DNA of 56,157 bases, counting the filler, from Dugesia japonica (Eukaryota), in assembly GCA_001938525.1 (NCBI GenBank). It is 5 parts of 5 records of this genome, joined end to end, with 100 filler letters (N's around TTAATTAATTAA, not from the genome) between each part and the next. Parts side by side here need not be neighbours in the genome. Positions count along the whole stretch, not along the records: positions 30,861 to 47,025 come from MQRL01625209.1; positions 47,126 to 56,157 come from MQRL01589902.1; 3 more parts are not named here. One strand, given 5' to 3'. The notes beneath the pieces are model-generated. The model searched no databases, was not told the origin of the DNA, and was given only the letters and a program-made list of their open reading frames with translations. A program made the position numbers and the translations under genes. This document shows, one piece after another, positions 37,901 through 51,874 of the stretch; positions within the stretch are counted from its first letter, which is position 1; each line of letters begins with the position of its first letter.

Positions 37901-40900
37901 ATTGATAAAAAATATTATGCTAATCTCGATTTTATATTCGATAAAACAAATAAATTTTAATTTTGATATTAAATCAAATTTTAATGTTAAATTTACAAAA
38001 ATATAAAATATTATAAAAATAAATATAAAAATAATACAAAATTATTTTATTGAAATTTACAATATTAGAATATGTAAACTATGGGTCCGCAACCTATGGC
38101 ACGCGTGCCAAAAGTGGCACGCAAAGGAAATTTTTAAAAAGTTAATTAAACTTTATAATTTGTGNNNNNNNNNNNNNNNNNNNNNNNNNNNNNNNNNNNN
38201 NNNNNNNNNNNNNNNNNNNNNNNNNNNNNNNNNNNNNNNNNNNNNNNNNNNTATATGAAAACTTGCTGCATAGCAATATTTGTTAAATTTTTGTGTTTTA
38301 AATAATAACAAAAATTTTTATACAAAGGAAAACTTTGACCCCTATTCTATGCAATTAAATTCCAACACAAATGATCAGACATTTCAAAAAAAAAAACAAA
38401 AGGCGATGTGCGAGCTTACAAAGAGAGTTGGTAAGAAGAATATGGATTTGTTTTATTTAAAGATAAAGCATTATGTGTGTTTTGTTAAAAAAAGTGTTAT
38501 ATGTCGCACATCGAGTGTATAAACACATTTTCGCACAAAACACCAGCAAAAGTTTTCGACTGATGATGAAAAGAGATCATATATCACAAGAGCAATTGAA
38601 GAATATAAGCAGCAAATCACAGTTTTCCGCCAGACGTTATGTAGTAAAGAAAGAGCAACTGAGTAATAGGATTTTAGCAAAATTTAAGATTTAAGAATTA
38701 ATAAAAATCAAAAATAAACGAATAATAGAATCATGATGAATAAAAAGAAAATGTGCACAGTGATTTAGGTTTTTAATGTGACAAATCGAAAATTTTAAAT
38801 TCAACTTATCAAATTTAAGTAATTCAATCCTAAATGAATTTGTAGATTTGTAACTGAAATCAATCTTCGAATTAAATTTTGATTAAATGATATAATTAAT
38901 TAGTGTCAATAAGATTGTGAATTGCACCTATCTGTAACGTGATATCGCACAAATAAGAAAATATTGATTTTTTTAATGGATTTTATTAAAGATGGCATTT
39001 TTAGCAGTTTCTCAACTGGTGGTCGGCAGAAATATTTTAGTGGTCTGTGAACTTCTTTATATTTGTTACATAGTTTTACAACCATTAAAATCATTATTAA
39101 TCGTTAATGACAATAATAAGGCATACAACTTAGAAAATTGAGTACTTCCTTACCATATAAAGTCGCATGTACTCGTCTCCTACAATTACAAGTTTACATT
39201 TGTTAACACTGTCTGTCAGTCGTATGAAATTGGTGTTTTGTTATACTGTACCTAGAATTTAGGTAATTAGTCCGCGAATTACTATCAAAACCTGCACTTT
39301 CTCTAATTCGGCATGCAACGTTTTGTGTGGTCCACAATATAAGCTTAATATTTTTATTGGTTCTCAATATCATTTATGCTGATAAACATGGTTTCATAGG
39401 AATATATACTAACAATATAAAATAGCGTTTCTTGTAAACCATAACAATTGGTTTTTGTATGATGATAGATGTTGATAGAAATTTTCAATTTATAATTCAT
39501 AAAAAACCACAATTGACATTGATTAAAATTGCGACAATTTCATTATTTAACGGTCACTTCAACAGCTTTTAATTTCGTAATATTTTGTTTTACATTGAAC
39601 CTTTTAAAAATAATGGATTTAACCACGATGAAGTTTGAACAATGACATTTTATTTTTTATGTATATGCTACAGGAGTTTCAATAAACTAAAAAGGATTTT
39701 CTTAAATTTTTTATTAGAATTTCAAGAAGATTGTTGAAAAGGAAATTGATCTAGAAAATCTAAAAAAAAGATTCCTTCACTAAAGTTATCGACGAACGAA
39801 TCACACATTAATTTAAAGCAAATAAAACTGTTTAGAATGTCCGTAAATAAAGAGCATAGTCAAACGATGTCATAGAAGAAAGGGTAATTGAAATATGTTG
39901 TCAAAATTCAAGAACATCTGTTTGGTAGGCTCTTCGTGAATTAACTATATTTACGCTAAAGGCCACTATTATGGACTGAATTTAGTATTGAGATTTATGT
40001 ATTCGGGGAATGTATGAATGGTTGTAGATAAATTGGTGTGGACAAAAGTGAAAAAAATCAATTACTTAACTCTTTCACATTTTTAACAAATAAATCATCA
40101 TTTTTTCAGACCTTGACCTTATCAATCAAAATTTGACTTTTTGCCCTTAACTTTACGTAAAATTCATCTTCAAAAAATTTGTATTTTCATTTGAAAAACT
40201 TTCCTGTTTCATGCCTGTCTTCCTCCACTTTCTGAATGATTTGATTCCCTTTTTGACACATTTGTTTGGCAGAATGAGGTTGATCTTTGAAGTTAAAATT
40301 TCCTGAGAGACATCGAGCAAACCATTCACGGACTATTCTATCAGATACAGCATGTACACCATAAACTGCACAAATCTTTCTAGCAACCTGCAAAGCATGA
40401 AATAAAATTTCAATGTGTCGAATTTCTTCATTATTTATATCTATTTAAAAAGACTAATAAATTTTTACTTATTAATCAAATATCAAATTTATATCGAACT
40501 TTTTTAAAGCAATTTGAATGTAATGATTACAAGATTTTAAAATTTGAAATATTTCAACAAATTTAATATCCTTAAAATTATATACAGAACTTTTTCGTCG
40601 CCTATTCACAAAATGAGTGGAAATTTTTTAGACAACCTAATATATAAATATTTATGCATTTAAAAACTTATTATATAATACGAAGTAAATATTAGGTCAT
40701 TAAGTACGAATGTTGAATTTTTAATCAAAATTTAGGAAAAAGCAATACATTTAATCTAAATATGCACCAAACTTATTGACATAGTTCTGCCATCTTAATG
40801 ACAACTAGTTTATTCCAGCAGCGAAAATTTCTGGTGATAGAGTGGTGATAAAATCACGAAAGGCGTTTTTTGCAGTCTCATCAGATTTGAATCATTTTCC

Positions 40901-43900
40901 CACAAAGAAGTTGTATGATGCATGAAAGAAATGATAGTCTGTTGGAGCAAGGTTTGGCAAATACGGTGAGTGATATTGAGTTTCCAATTCCAACCCTACA
41001 GTCTGAGTATAATTGCTTGGACCACATTTGGCGGAGCGTTGTTTTGCAAGAGGATTGTCTGTCTTTATTGATCAATCTTGGCTGCTTAATCGCAAGCAAT
41101 TTCGTCATGTCGTTCATTTGGTTGCAGTAGACATTAGCTGTAATGGATTGACAAGGTCTCAAAAAGCTGTGATGATAATACCAGCGCTGGACCACCAAAC
41201 AGATATCATTAGCTTCTTTTGGTGAATATTCGACTTGGGACTTTGTTTTAGTTCTTTATTTTTATCCAACCATTGAGATGAACACTTACAATTATCGAAA
41301 CGAATCCATTGAAGAAATTATTCGCCTTTATGCCGTAACAGTAAAAGACGATTTCTTCTTTGCTGATTGCTTAATTCATGCGGAGCCAAGCAGTTTAAAA
41401 ATTTGACCTTATTAATTTGTTTTAAATGGTAGATTATTGTTTGGGTGGAAACGCTGAACTTTGCTACTAATTTGAGAGTATTTTGAGAAGGATCTTCTTC
41501 CACCAACACTTTCAGATATTCGTTATTAACCTTCGCCTAAGGTCGCCCACGTGGCTTATTTTCGAAACTAAAATCACCAGAACGGAATTTTTGAAACCAT
41601 CGCTGTATCATTCGTTCATCGACGACATTCTTGCTTAACACTTTGTTTATATTTAGAACTGTTTGCCTTAAATTGGTTCCACAACAAAACTCAATTTCGA
41701 AAATAATACAAATTTTTGACGTATCCACTTTTTCTGAATATTCGATATTAAAAAGACAATTTATCATATAATCGGAAATAAAACGTTTGCTTAAAAGAAT
41801 AATGGCGTATTTATACAGTCAAACCAAAACAAATAATTATCAAGATCAAAAATTAAAAATATCGACTGTCAAACGTTAGACTTCTGAACATCCGAAATTT
41901 AATACTTAATGACCTAATTGTATTACAATGAGTAGATAATATTTATCTGAAATCAGTTAGAATTGTAAAGTTGTAAAGTTATTTTTATGAATTTAATGAG
42001 AAATCTTTTTTAAGAAATTAAATAAATTCTCAGAAATTTAAAGATTGATATGAATTAATCTGAAAATTCCGTTATCTTAATTTGCAGATACATATGTATC
42101 TGAGATTGTTCCAATTCTGGATATTTAAATAACTCTAAAATGTAAATCAACAATGAATAACTTTCATCCCATAATCAAAATCTATTATAAAATTTATGAC
42201 TTCTATTATATCAATATTTGCATTATTATTTTAGTCTGTATTTATTTACTTACATTAACATTTTGATGCATGATTTTTTAAAAGCCTTTTAATAACTATT
42301 AATCAAGTATCGAATAAAATTATTTTCTACACAAATTTTGACGTTGAAATAATTTTTTATAGGACCAAAAGTCATCATTGGAAGATATTGAATCGAAATT
42401 CGATAAATTGCATTCAGAAATCGATAATTACAAAAATGAATTACTAATGGAATTGCAACAAGTGGTCGATAGTTGTTTGTATAGATTGGAAACCAATAAG
42501 AAAGAATTATTAGCTTTAAATGATGACATATCTAGTATAACTAATTTGGTGGCTCAAAATTCTTCGGCATTTGAAAATGTAATTTATTTTGAATTTATTT
42601 TTATTTTTTATCATTAAATACTAAATAATTTTTTTTATGAATTAGTATGAGGAATTAATTAAGAAACAATAGAATTATTTGGAATAATTTATTGATTTTC
42701 TCTACTGTAACAGCAGTAATTTTACATTTTAATTTTTGAAAATAATATTTATAGATGTTCCATATTTTTATATATTACAGGAAAATATTGATAAATAGTT
42801 ATATTTAACACAGATATGTACTCAAAATAAAAAAATTCTAGATTGTTATAATACATACGATATGCATGACAAATTATTTAAACAATATATTATTGGAGTA
42901 ACTTTTATTTTATTATTTATCTTATCTTATATTATCTTAATAATTATAATAATAATANNNNNNNNNNNNNNNNNNNNNNNNNNNNNNNNNNNNNNNNNNN
43001 NNNNNNNNNNNNNNNNNNNNNNNNNNNNNNNNNNNNNNNNNNNNNNNNNNNNNNNNNNNNNNNNNNNNNTAATATTAAAAGTAATATTAATAATAATAAT
43101 ATAAAATATGAAATAATATAAATCTCAAAAAAATTTGTTTTATATTTATTTGTTTCTTTTCATTACATTTGGAAGAATTCTTATTAACGGTTAAATAGAT
43201 TTTTAACAGAATTTATTTTGCAAACTTAAAATGGATGATATATAAAAGCATAAATTATTATTTTACATTTTTATATTTATGTTAATTCAATTGAATTGCC
43301 TAGCAATGAACAATTGTTTAGTTTATCACTATTATTATTTATTTATATTTCTTTTAGTATATTTTATGTTATTGACTTTATGCGATATTGAGAGATTTAT
43401 ATTAATAAATCTGTTATTTGATAAAACGTCTATTTAATTTTCTATCTTTTAATTTTGCAATCAGTAATTATAATGTAAAATTTTATTTATTTTCGTTGAC
43501 ACATTTTTTATGTTGATAATATATCAACTAAATTTTGCCTTCTTGATATCTTAACAAATAATTTGTTTTGATGGGTTGAAAACATAAAGCTTTATATAAC
43601 AATTAATCCTGGAAGAAGAGTGTCGTAGAAAATTTGTATAACTTACAAAAACTTAAAGATAATCTTTGGTTATATGGTTTAAAATGCAAAGTGAATGCAA
43701 AATTAGTGGGCAATGGCGAGCGATGAAAGGTTATAACTTGTATGCCTCATGAAAGTATACCATCTAAACGTTAATATAACATCAACCTAAAACTTCTACC
43801 TTTCTTTTTGCACATACATTCAGTCACAAATTGCGAAATTTTGTTTTTTCGTCCACAGACTTCATTAAAGAAGAGGTCTCATTATATCTTAACCTTTTCT

Positions 43901-46778
43901 AACTATTTTTATTCTTATCCTTATTTATAAGTGTGTTAATTCAACAGTAAAATTATATTTCATTGTAGTACTGAATAAGTAGAAGAAATTAACGAATTTG
44001 TATAGATAGGTGATGGAGTCAGTGCAATATGCCAAAGTGGGCCATGCCGAAAAAAGGTTGGAAAACATTGGTTTACATTTTAGTAAATTAAAAAAGTGAG
44101 ATCAACAATAACTAATCACTAATTAATACATTCAAATGATTATACCATGTTGATCGTATTAGTTGTTTTTATTTATTTATCTCGAGATAACCCTATCAGT
44201 AAAGACAGTAGAAATGAATATAGGGTTTTTGCGTAAGGATTTTAATTTATTAAAGTTAATAAAAGTGATTTATTGTAGAAGAATAAATTTCGAAATATTT
44301 TAAGTATGAAATATTTAGACAATTATTTTAGAGATAATGGATATTAGCAGATAATTTGTTTTACTCAAAATCAAGAGACTAACCAATAAAGTGTATTGAT
44401 TGTAAAAATAGGTTTCAATAATATTAAAAAAGAAACTTGTACAACTGTTTGTCTTTCCCAAAATCTAACTACATATTCGTTCACTGAAAAACATTTAAAA
44501 ATTTCTAATCCGAGGACCATTCAAATTCGTCTAATAATACAATGATTTTAGCAAGCATTTTCAGTTTAAAATGTCAATTACAGATTAAAAAACATATAAA
44601 TAAGTGAATCATCTAAAAAATCTTGAAATGTATTTACAAAAGTATACAGAACTATTCACAGGCATATAGTTAACTTACGATATTCCTCTGATAGAGATGG
44701 GTATGACATTGAGGAAATTAGAATCGAACTATTACAAGTATACAATACAGCATGAAAAACCGTCTACAAAGTATTGATAAACAAACTGTTAAAAAAATCA
44801 AAAAATAAAATCAATTATAATAAGAACAACAAATAAATCAGGCAGATTGGTAATTTATCAAAACAGACTTACAGTGAATTTATTTCACAACACCTACAAA
44901 AAGCTACTAAGAACTAAACGAAATAAATTTAAAAACAATTAATAGGAATAGATAATATATATCAAGATCATCTCAAATCTTTATTTCTAACAGTAAAATG
45001 TCACGATTTCAATGTACCATAAAAGAGCATAAATTATATTTTAAAGGAATACCTATTATTAATGCTTCTGACACCTTTTCAACTGCATTTTTCAAACTTA
45101 TGGCCAATATATTGAAGTCAAAATTAAGTTTATTTACTGCATATCTATAGACTAATCTGTAATTTATTGATGATATATTTGAAAATGTCGCCTGAAAATA
45201 TCATTGAAAGATACTAGGAACATACATATTTTTTAGGAAATTACCAAAATTAATTTCAAATATCTTATTAATTTATATCACTTTTCGGATAGCATCTGTG
45301 CCGGTAATAAAATTTACCGATAAATTTTGGTTTGGCATTGAGTAACAAGTTGTCTTCTATTCTATATGTAATCTTTATGAACTTCATCGAAAAAAAGAAA
45401 TTTCTAAAGCTAATAAGAAAATTTATCTATAATTTGTCCACAAAAGTATTGTTACAGTTACGAAAAAAAAGAAAAAGAATATTTTATTGAATTAAAAAAC
45501 AAAAACCACTTTTCAAAGTACAATCCATCATTAATCATCACTTTCTGCCATCGGTCTGCAAGTTTCATAATATGGCCAAAGTAACATTCTGGCATCTTCG
45601 AATGAAAGAACTGTTGACAAACCTCTTCAACTTCATCAAATAATTCAAATTCTATGATCATAAAATAAGTACTACATATATCTAAAAAGACCGTAGTCAG
45701 ATGGTATAACGTCTGGATTGTATGGTGGACATGGTAAAACCTCGACATCGTCTAACTTTTCACATTTCTCCTTAGTTTTCTTGGCAGCGTCTGGTTTGGC
45801 GTTGTTTTGGTGAAACAAGGCGAGATTCCGATGGACTAAAATCTAATATTTTCCTACCAAATATGGTCAAGTTTGCCGACGACCATTCAGAACTATTTTG
45901 AAGTGCAAAATATCTTCAATGTTTCCCCAGACTAAAATAATGATCTTCTGGTCAAATCGATCTTGACGTGNAATGGACGGGGTTGCCTAGCGTTGTGGAA
46001 TCCAGTTCTTTTTTCTATTGAGATTTACCAGAAAGACCAACTTTACATCTATTGTCACAATCAGAATCGATCATCGAATGGATTTCTGAGCAGTCGATCA
46101 CAAATTTCTATTCTTTTGACTACTTGTGCCTCAATGAGGTTGCGTGTATCTTAACTCGGCTTTTGTTTGAATAACCAAGTTGCTGAAGATATCGATGAAT
46201 CATTTATTTGCCAGCCCCAAGTTTAGATTCCAAATCGTGAGTACTTGATGCTTGTTCGGATTCTAAAAAAGCTTCTAATTATCCATCATCCGACTTTGAC
46301 GGCCAACTGCAACAAAAAAATTTATCTGAGATACTGAAAAATCCTAGAATAATATTTAAAACTTAAGCACCTTAACACATTCGATTACAGAAACCAAGGT
46401 AATAATTATTTTGGTGTCAAATACATTTGTGATGGTAAAAATATTTATATCAAATAATAAACACTTTATGCAAGGATAAATATACACGTATAATTATCGG
46501 AACAAAAATAAAGGAACATCTCAAGCATAAAAATGTGAAGTATAAAAAGACTGTTCTCGTGACAAATAATAGGGACAAGCTACGTTTCGACTATACAAAA
46601 AATCATGAAAAAATAGTAATTAAAAAACAAGCTTAAAATCAGCATATTAATAATTTATAATAAATTGAAATAATAAATAATTCATTCTAATTATTTTTAG
46701 AAGGACATTAATAAATTAGAAAGTGAATTCCCGAATAAGACTATTTGTCGAAAATTCAGATATTTAACTAATAATTAA
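34943..46778 (+). CDS. RING-less B-box zinc finger plus coiled-coil (TRIM-like) protein, about 213 aa; exons 34943-35290, 42363-42578, 46701-46778 (last exon tentative)
   Basis: B-box2 CPTH-x8-CRDC-x4-CLKC-x3-HKTH. Donor GAA|GTAAGA, acceptor ttttatag|GAC. Exon 2 is a heptad-rich helix (LEDIESKFDKLHSEIDNYKNELLMELQQ). Donor AAT|GTAATT, then acceptor tttttag|AAG leading to TAA. All junctions are phase 0. Confidence 0.75.
36878..37015 (+). mobile_element. Hammerhead-family tail preceded by an inverted copy of its own 5' part
   Basis: atttcattaaaagcttcgatcaaaat (36878-36903) is inverted relative to atttgatcaaagctttta...aatgaaat (36920-36949). Conserved hairpin at 36978-36998. Confidence 0.65.
38080..38700 (+). 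mobile_element. hAT (Buster/SPIN-like) 5' end with decayed N-terminal zinc-finger region
   Basis: Terminal ...caacctatggcacgcgtgccaaaagtggcacgc; the frames give YVCFVKKSVICRTSSV*THFRTKH. Confidence 0.6.
39002..39358. mobile_element. hAT MITE, same family as 6374-6698
   Basis: Shared blocks gtttctcaact.gtggtc, atgtactcgtctc, tttacatttg and aatttaggtaattagtccg. Confidence 0.75.
40187..40640 (-). mobile_element. mariner 5' fragment (TIR plus HTH region)
   Basis: ARKICAVYGVHAVSDRIVREWFARCLSGNFNFKDQPHS; TIR ...gacaacctaa followed by TA at 40641-40642. Confidence 0.85.
40692..41917 (-). mobile_element. Near full-length decayed mariner element with pseudogenised transposase
   Basis: TIRs ttaggtcattaagta / tacttaatgacctaa with left TA; 1226 bp. 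Fragments RWFQKFRSGDFSFENKPRGRP, APHELS, KKLMISVWWSSAG and LAPTDYHFF, with stops and frameshifts. Confidence 0.92.
45430..46330 (-). mobile_element. Decayed mariner transposase (boundaries approximate)
   Basis: Fragments HQNNAKPDAAK, PPYNPDVIPSDYGLF and IMKLADRWQKVMINDGLYFE. Confidence 0.85.
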
Positions 46779-46951
46779 AAAAATTTTTTTAATACGCTTT
46801 AAAATTTTATTGAAAAAAATTAATGTTTTGAATAATCTTAAAATCATTCAACCGTTGCGTTTTTTTATAAACAAATATACAAATAGCAAAATATAAATAT
46901 TGATTATTTTAGAAATGGTGAAAATTAGTTTTCAAAAATTGAAACGTTTTC

Positions 46952-46952
46952 A

Positions 46953-47002
<50 letters not shown>

Positions 47003-47022
47003 TAATAATAATAATAATAATA
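46952..47022. repeat. (AAT)n microsatellite at contig end
   Basis: Direct inspection. Confidence 0.95.
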
Positions 47023-47025
47023 AAA

Positions 47026-47125
47026 NNNNNNNNNNNNNNNNNNNNNNNNNNNNNNNNNNNNNNNNNNNNTTAATTAATTAANNNNNNNNNNNNNNNNNNN
47101 NNNNNNNNNNNNNNNNNNNNNNNNN
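47026..47125. other. Artificial contig-joining spacer
   Basis: N44-TTAATTAATTAA-N44. Confidence 0.95.
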
Positions 47126-48705
47126 TATTGTCTTTAATTACCATTGTGAAGTGATGAAGTTTAAAATCGTGAGCAACACTCACAACCAAAAATCTGTTAG
47201 CGTGGAGACAGCTTCAAGTCTAAGTGGATTCAAAGACTCTTTGTCGGAATTATTATAGCTTGTGGTAAAAGTTTGAGTTACTTCGGATTCGTGTGGATAC
47301 GCTGGCATCTCTGTCTTCGTCATTTGAGAATGCCGCACATTATTTGGATGACCTCCCTTATTAATTAAATGGCTCTATTATAGTCATTTTTTGTAGAATA
47401 AATCATTGATATTTTAAAATGTTAATTTATTTAGTCAATCGATAATTAAAGATGTTTAATATTAATATTAATTATTGATTAATCTAGTTATTGAGTAGTC
47501 AAGGATATTTTAAATCATAGATTATTATTGTTCAATGTTACTAATTTTCGATTAAGTGATATGTCATTTATTTTTCAGTGGTATTACTTCGACAGAATTC
47601 TGTGGTTTTCAGGAACAAAGCTAGAGAATAGTGACGAAATTGAGATGTTTTAGAAGTTGTACAAATTAAGAAAACGACAATGGGAAAATCGAGCCTGAAT
47701 TAAAAAATACGAGAAGTGATGCACAGATTATAAAATGTGAATCTGGCAACCACCCAGAAATAAGTATGGAAAAACCTAATGTACACTATCTTCTTACTTC
47801 TGCAACAGTTAAAGGATCGCAAGATCAAATTAGTGGCTCATATTGTAAAGTAATGTAAATTTATTCCCACCTCCTCGGTGATGATGAACCAACCTACGCT
47901 AACTCAGCATCGACTTGTTTTTTATATTAATTAAACTATTTTTGTTTGGAATTTTGATAAATGCGTGACATGATAAACATCACAATTAATTGTTTAATAT
48001 CTGGTAGAAGTCTCATGTATGTAGTGTAATTAAAACTTAATTTTATAGACTAAATTATTTTCTTGCTAAGACCAGTAATTTAAATAAACCAAAACCAAAA
48101 AAGTAAAATTTACATTCACTTTAGGGATGGGTTACCGACTACATTCAGGAAATCTGGTCTAAAACAATAGATGAAATTCTTCGCTGGATTCNNNNNNNNN
48201 NNNNNNNNNNNNNNNNNNNNNNNNNNNNNNNNNNNNNNNNNNNNNNNNNNNNNNNNNNNNNNNNNATTGTCATGTATGGAGTTACTATAGCAATGATTCT
48301 AATATTAGGATTTTCTGACATTTATAATACTCAAAAAAATTGTCATCATTAAATGCATTTCAGCTATAACTAAAAAACAAATACCAAAATAAACAGTATT
48401 AGCCTTTTGTAATACCGCTATATCGAGATGCATTTAATATCGAAAATTATAAAACAGGTTTCGTGACACTAAGAGATGACAGTTTAAATATTTTAATCCC
48501 TATTCTAATTTTTCTATTTTCCATACTTTATCAGGCTTTTACTACGAAAATAAATAAAATCCGATTGGAAACTCTTCAAGTTTTAAAGTAATTCGTTTTC
48601 TCAGTATTTTCATTCTTTAGTAAGATTATTGTTTTAAATTTAATTTTGATTAAAAATAGATATTAAAAAAATTTTAATTAATTTTCTTTTTGTGAACCTT
48701 TTTAT

Positions 48706-51700
48706 TTATCTACTACATTTCTCATAATTCTTTATTAATTTGAACATTTTCTGCCATGCTTCTGACTTTGAAATGCATAATGATCCGCCGCCACGTTTAA
48801 ATTGACTTTTCTATAAAGAAATAAACATTTAAATAAAAATTAATGAAATAAAATTTAATTCACCATTCTATTTATGTCGCCGATACAAACATATGATAAT
48901 TTCTGTGATTGAGAAATTGCCCATTTTGAATGATCTGATTTACTTTGATAGACTTTATTTGTGAAATTTATTTGATCAACATTGTTTACCTTGAAAATAA
49001 TTTAAGATTTTCANTGAAAATATTTTTATTTTAATTAGTTTTTAAAATTAAATCTCTAAATTTCTTCAGAAATCGTTGAATAAATTCTCATATTTCAAAA
49101 TATTTAATAACTATGTAAACTTAAAATTTCAAAAATTATTTTTAAATATTATAAATAGTGTCATATACAATTACAATCATTTCTAAAATAATTATTGAAC
49201 TTAATTATCGATCCAATCATATTTTCAAAANATCCAAAGTTTGGAAATTTTCAACAAAAAAGTTAATGAGAAAATAATTTTCAGTTTTTTCGCGAAATGA
49301 CTTGATTCATTGTATCCATCGAAAAAATTTTACTTAGTATAATTAAATTCGTTTTCCTTAATGCAATTATTAATAATATCCAGTCAACAATTTATAGTTT
49401 TCAGGGCCGTACTGTAACCTTTGGGGGTCCTTTGCAAACACTAAAAAAAAAATTTTTAATTTGATGGAATTCATTTTTATTTAAAAATTAATAAGAAAGA
49501 AATTATAAAGGAATTTTTCTAGATCTTTTGCTGGCAAATTCATCAATAATATCATTGTAATCAATGTTTCTGGCTTTAGCATTTTCAATCGACAGTATTG
49601 CTAATCCATAAAGTGTCATAGTAGAGCGTAGATAATTTTCAATTACTTTTAGTTTTGAAAACGATCGTTCATAATTAGCAACGGTAATGGTTGTTGTTAA
49701 AATTATTCTGTTGAAATTTATTTTCTGTTGCGTTTTATTTATTTTTGATTCTGATTGAGCAAGATTGATTAACTTACAATTCTTTTTGCCAAGCTCATAC
49801 GAATTGGTTCTCTTTAAAATCGGTTTTCCCGAAATTTGAAATTGTAATGTTTTTTCATCGTATTCTCGCTATTCATATTCTAACTTTAATAATTTTAATT
49901 TAACACCGAAATTTTTTGGCGTTTGATTTAAAAAAAGTTTTATAAAAAAAATATTTGGAAAACATTTAATTACAATGATTTCTTATTATTAAACCTTTTA
50001 TAAAATGTATTAAAGGTGATTAAATAAATCTAACTTTATATTTTAATTGACATTGAGAATCCAATTTTCCGCCTTTTCCGTTTGTCCATGTTTCAACAAA
50101 TAGTGAATCATTTAGTGATGGTGCAATGAGTCCACTGTATAAGTCTTTACTAAGAACATTGATAAATGTTGAAATTTAGCATATTTAAAAGATTAATATC
50201 ATCAAATTTTTTAAATGTATGTCTTGATTATAGGAAATATTAGGTAACCAAAATTTTGGATTATTATATAACAAGCAAAAATAATACATTAATTCAAAAT
50301 AGGCACTAATACTACCGACACAGTTCTACCATCTTAGTGGAAACTGGTTTATTGCAGCAGCGAAAATGTCTGATGATAAAGTAGCGATAAAATCAAGAAA
50401 GTCGTTTTTCTCAGCCTCTTCAAATTTGAATTATTTTCCCACCAAGAAATTGTCTGATGCCGGGAAGAAATGATAGCCCGTTGGAGTAAGGTCCCGAGAA
50501 TATGGTAGGTATTCAATGGTAGATTTCCAATTCAAACCCCTTTAGTTTGAGCAGCATTGCTTGGACAGCATGTGGTCGAGCGTTGTCTTGCAAGAGAATT
50601 GACCTGTTTCTATTTCGGCTACTTAATTGCAAGCAATTTATCATGTCACCCAATTGGTTGCAGTAGACATCCGCTGTAATGGATTGACCAGGTTTAAAAA
50701 AATATTTAATGGATAGTACCAGCGCTAGACTACCAAACAGAAACCATTTGATGAATATTCGGCTTTGGACTCTGTATTTGTGCTTCATTTTGATTCAGTC
50801 AGTGAAGTGAGCCCCTTCGATTATCGAAACAAATCTATTTTTCGTCACATCTCATGATACGTTGAAGAAATGGTTCGCATTTATGTCGTAACACTTGTTA
50901 GAATTGATGTTTCTTAAATTTAGTGAATTCATAAAAATGAAGTCTAAAATCAATTTTCAAAAATTATATATTTTTAAAAACTTCACACAACAATTACAAT
51001 ATTAGAACAACACATTCTTCTGAGGATTTCTTCATCTTCTTGTAATTTAATAAAAATCGATTCATCTTACATAAAATACAAATATTCGAAATTTATCTAA
51101 ATATCATTTTTGATTTCAAATCATTCAATTATTATTTTTGTGAAACTCATTTTAATTCTATTTATTATTTTTAAATTTGTAAATCTCACAACAGTAAAAG
51201 AACTCTAGTTTCGAGACGTATTCTTTTCTGATGGTCGGTTAATTATTGCGGAACTAATCAGTCTAACTTTTTGACCATGTCAATTTGTTTTAAATAGTTA
51301 ATTATTGTTGGAATGGAAACGTTGAAATTTGCCGCTAATTTGAATATTAAAAATTTCGACTGTCAAACTCTGGACTACAATCAATGCAAATTTAAGTAAT
51401 TTAGTTTATTTCACTTTTGTGCACGCCAATTTAATTACAACCATTAATACATTCACTCAGTTTGTAATACTAAATTCGGACTACTGTAGTGGCCTTTAGC
51501 GCAAACAGGGTTTAAAAAATCATCAATATAAATTTTGAAATATAAATAAAAAATGGAATGAACATTTTATATTGAAATATGCAAAAATTAATTACACATA
51601 TACATATTATGTTATTATTATTTATTAATTAAATAATTAACATTAATTAACATTTTTATGATTAAACTACCTTCATTGTATTTAGGTGATTTGCCAAAAT

Positions 51701-51874
51701 GAATTAACTCTAATGAATTTAGTGTTTTAAATTTCAGAATATTGGAATCGGGTTGTTTTGAACGAACATTTTTAATCAAATTTGGTAATAAATGTATCAA
51801 TTCTATATCATCTGTAAATAATTGTGGCAAAAAGTGGCTGTAAACTGAGGCTTGCATCATCAATAACTGTTTGA
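48706..51874 (-). CDS. DNASE2: Deoxyribonuclease II, 3' half; exons 51874-51671, 50144-50035, 48989-48864, 48810-48706
   Basis: Phase-consistent GT-AG splicing gives KQLLMMQASVYSHFLP...HFGKSPKYNE|DLYSGLIAPSLNDSLFVETWTNGKGGKLDSQCQLKYK|VNNVDQINF...SDHSKWAIS...VCIGDINRM|KSQFKRGGGSLCISKSEAWQKMFKLIKNYEKCSR*. The DNase II signatures DLYS, DHSKW, C+GD+NR and RGGG.LC are present. Three of the four exons are absent from the ORF track. Confidence 0.92.
49402..49715 (-). mobile_element. hAT 3' end with dimerization domain, inside a DNase II intron
   Basis: ILTTTITVANYERSFSKLKVIENYLRSTMT..GLAILSIEN...IIDEFASKRSRK; terminal cagggccgt at 49402. Confidence 0.85.
50240..51390 (-). mobile_element. Decayed mariner related to 40692-41917, interrupted by an insertion of about 310 bp (about 50893-51205), inside a DNase II intron
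   Basis: TA-ttaggt terminus; ILLQDNARPHAVQ and YLPYSRDLTPTGYHFF. Homology to the 41330-41480 region resumes at about 51205. Confidence 0.8.

Noticed and set aside
44400-45350. Possible LINE ORF2 relic
   Set aside because: Only faint similarity (DTFSTAFFKLMANIL), with no diagnostic motif to support a call.
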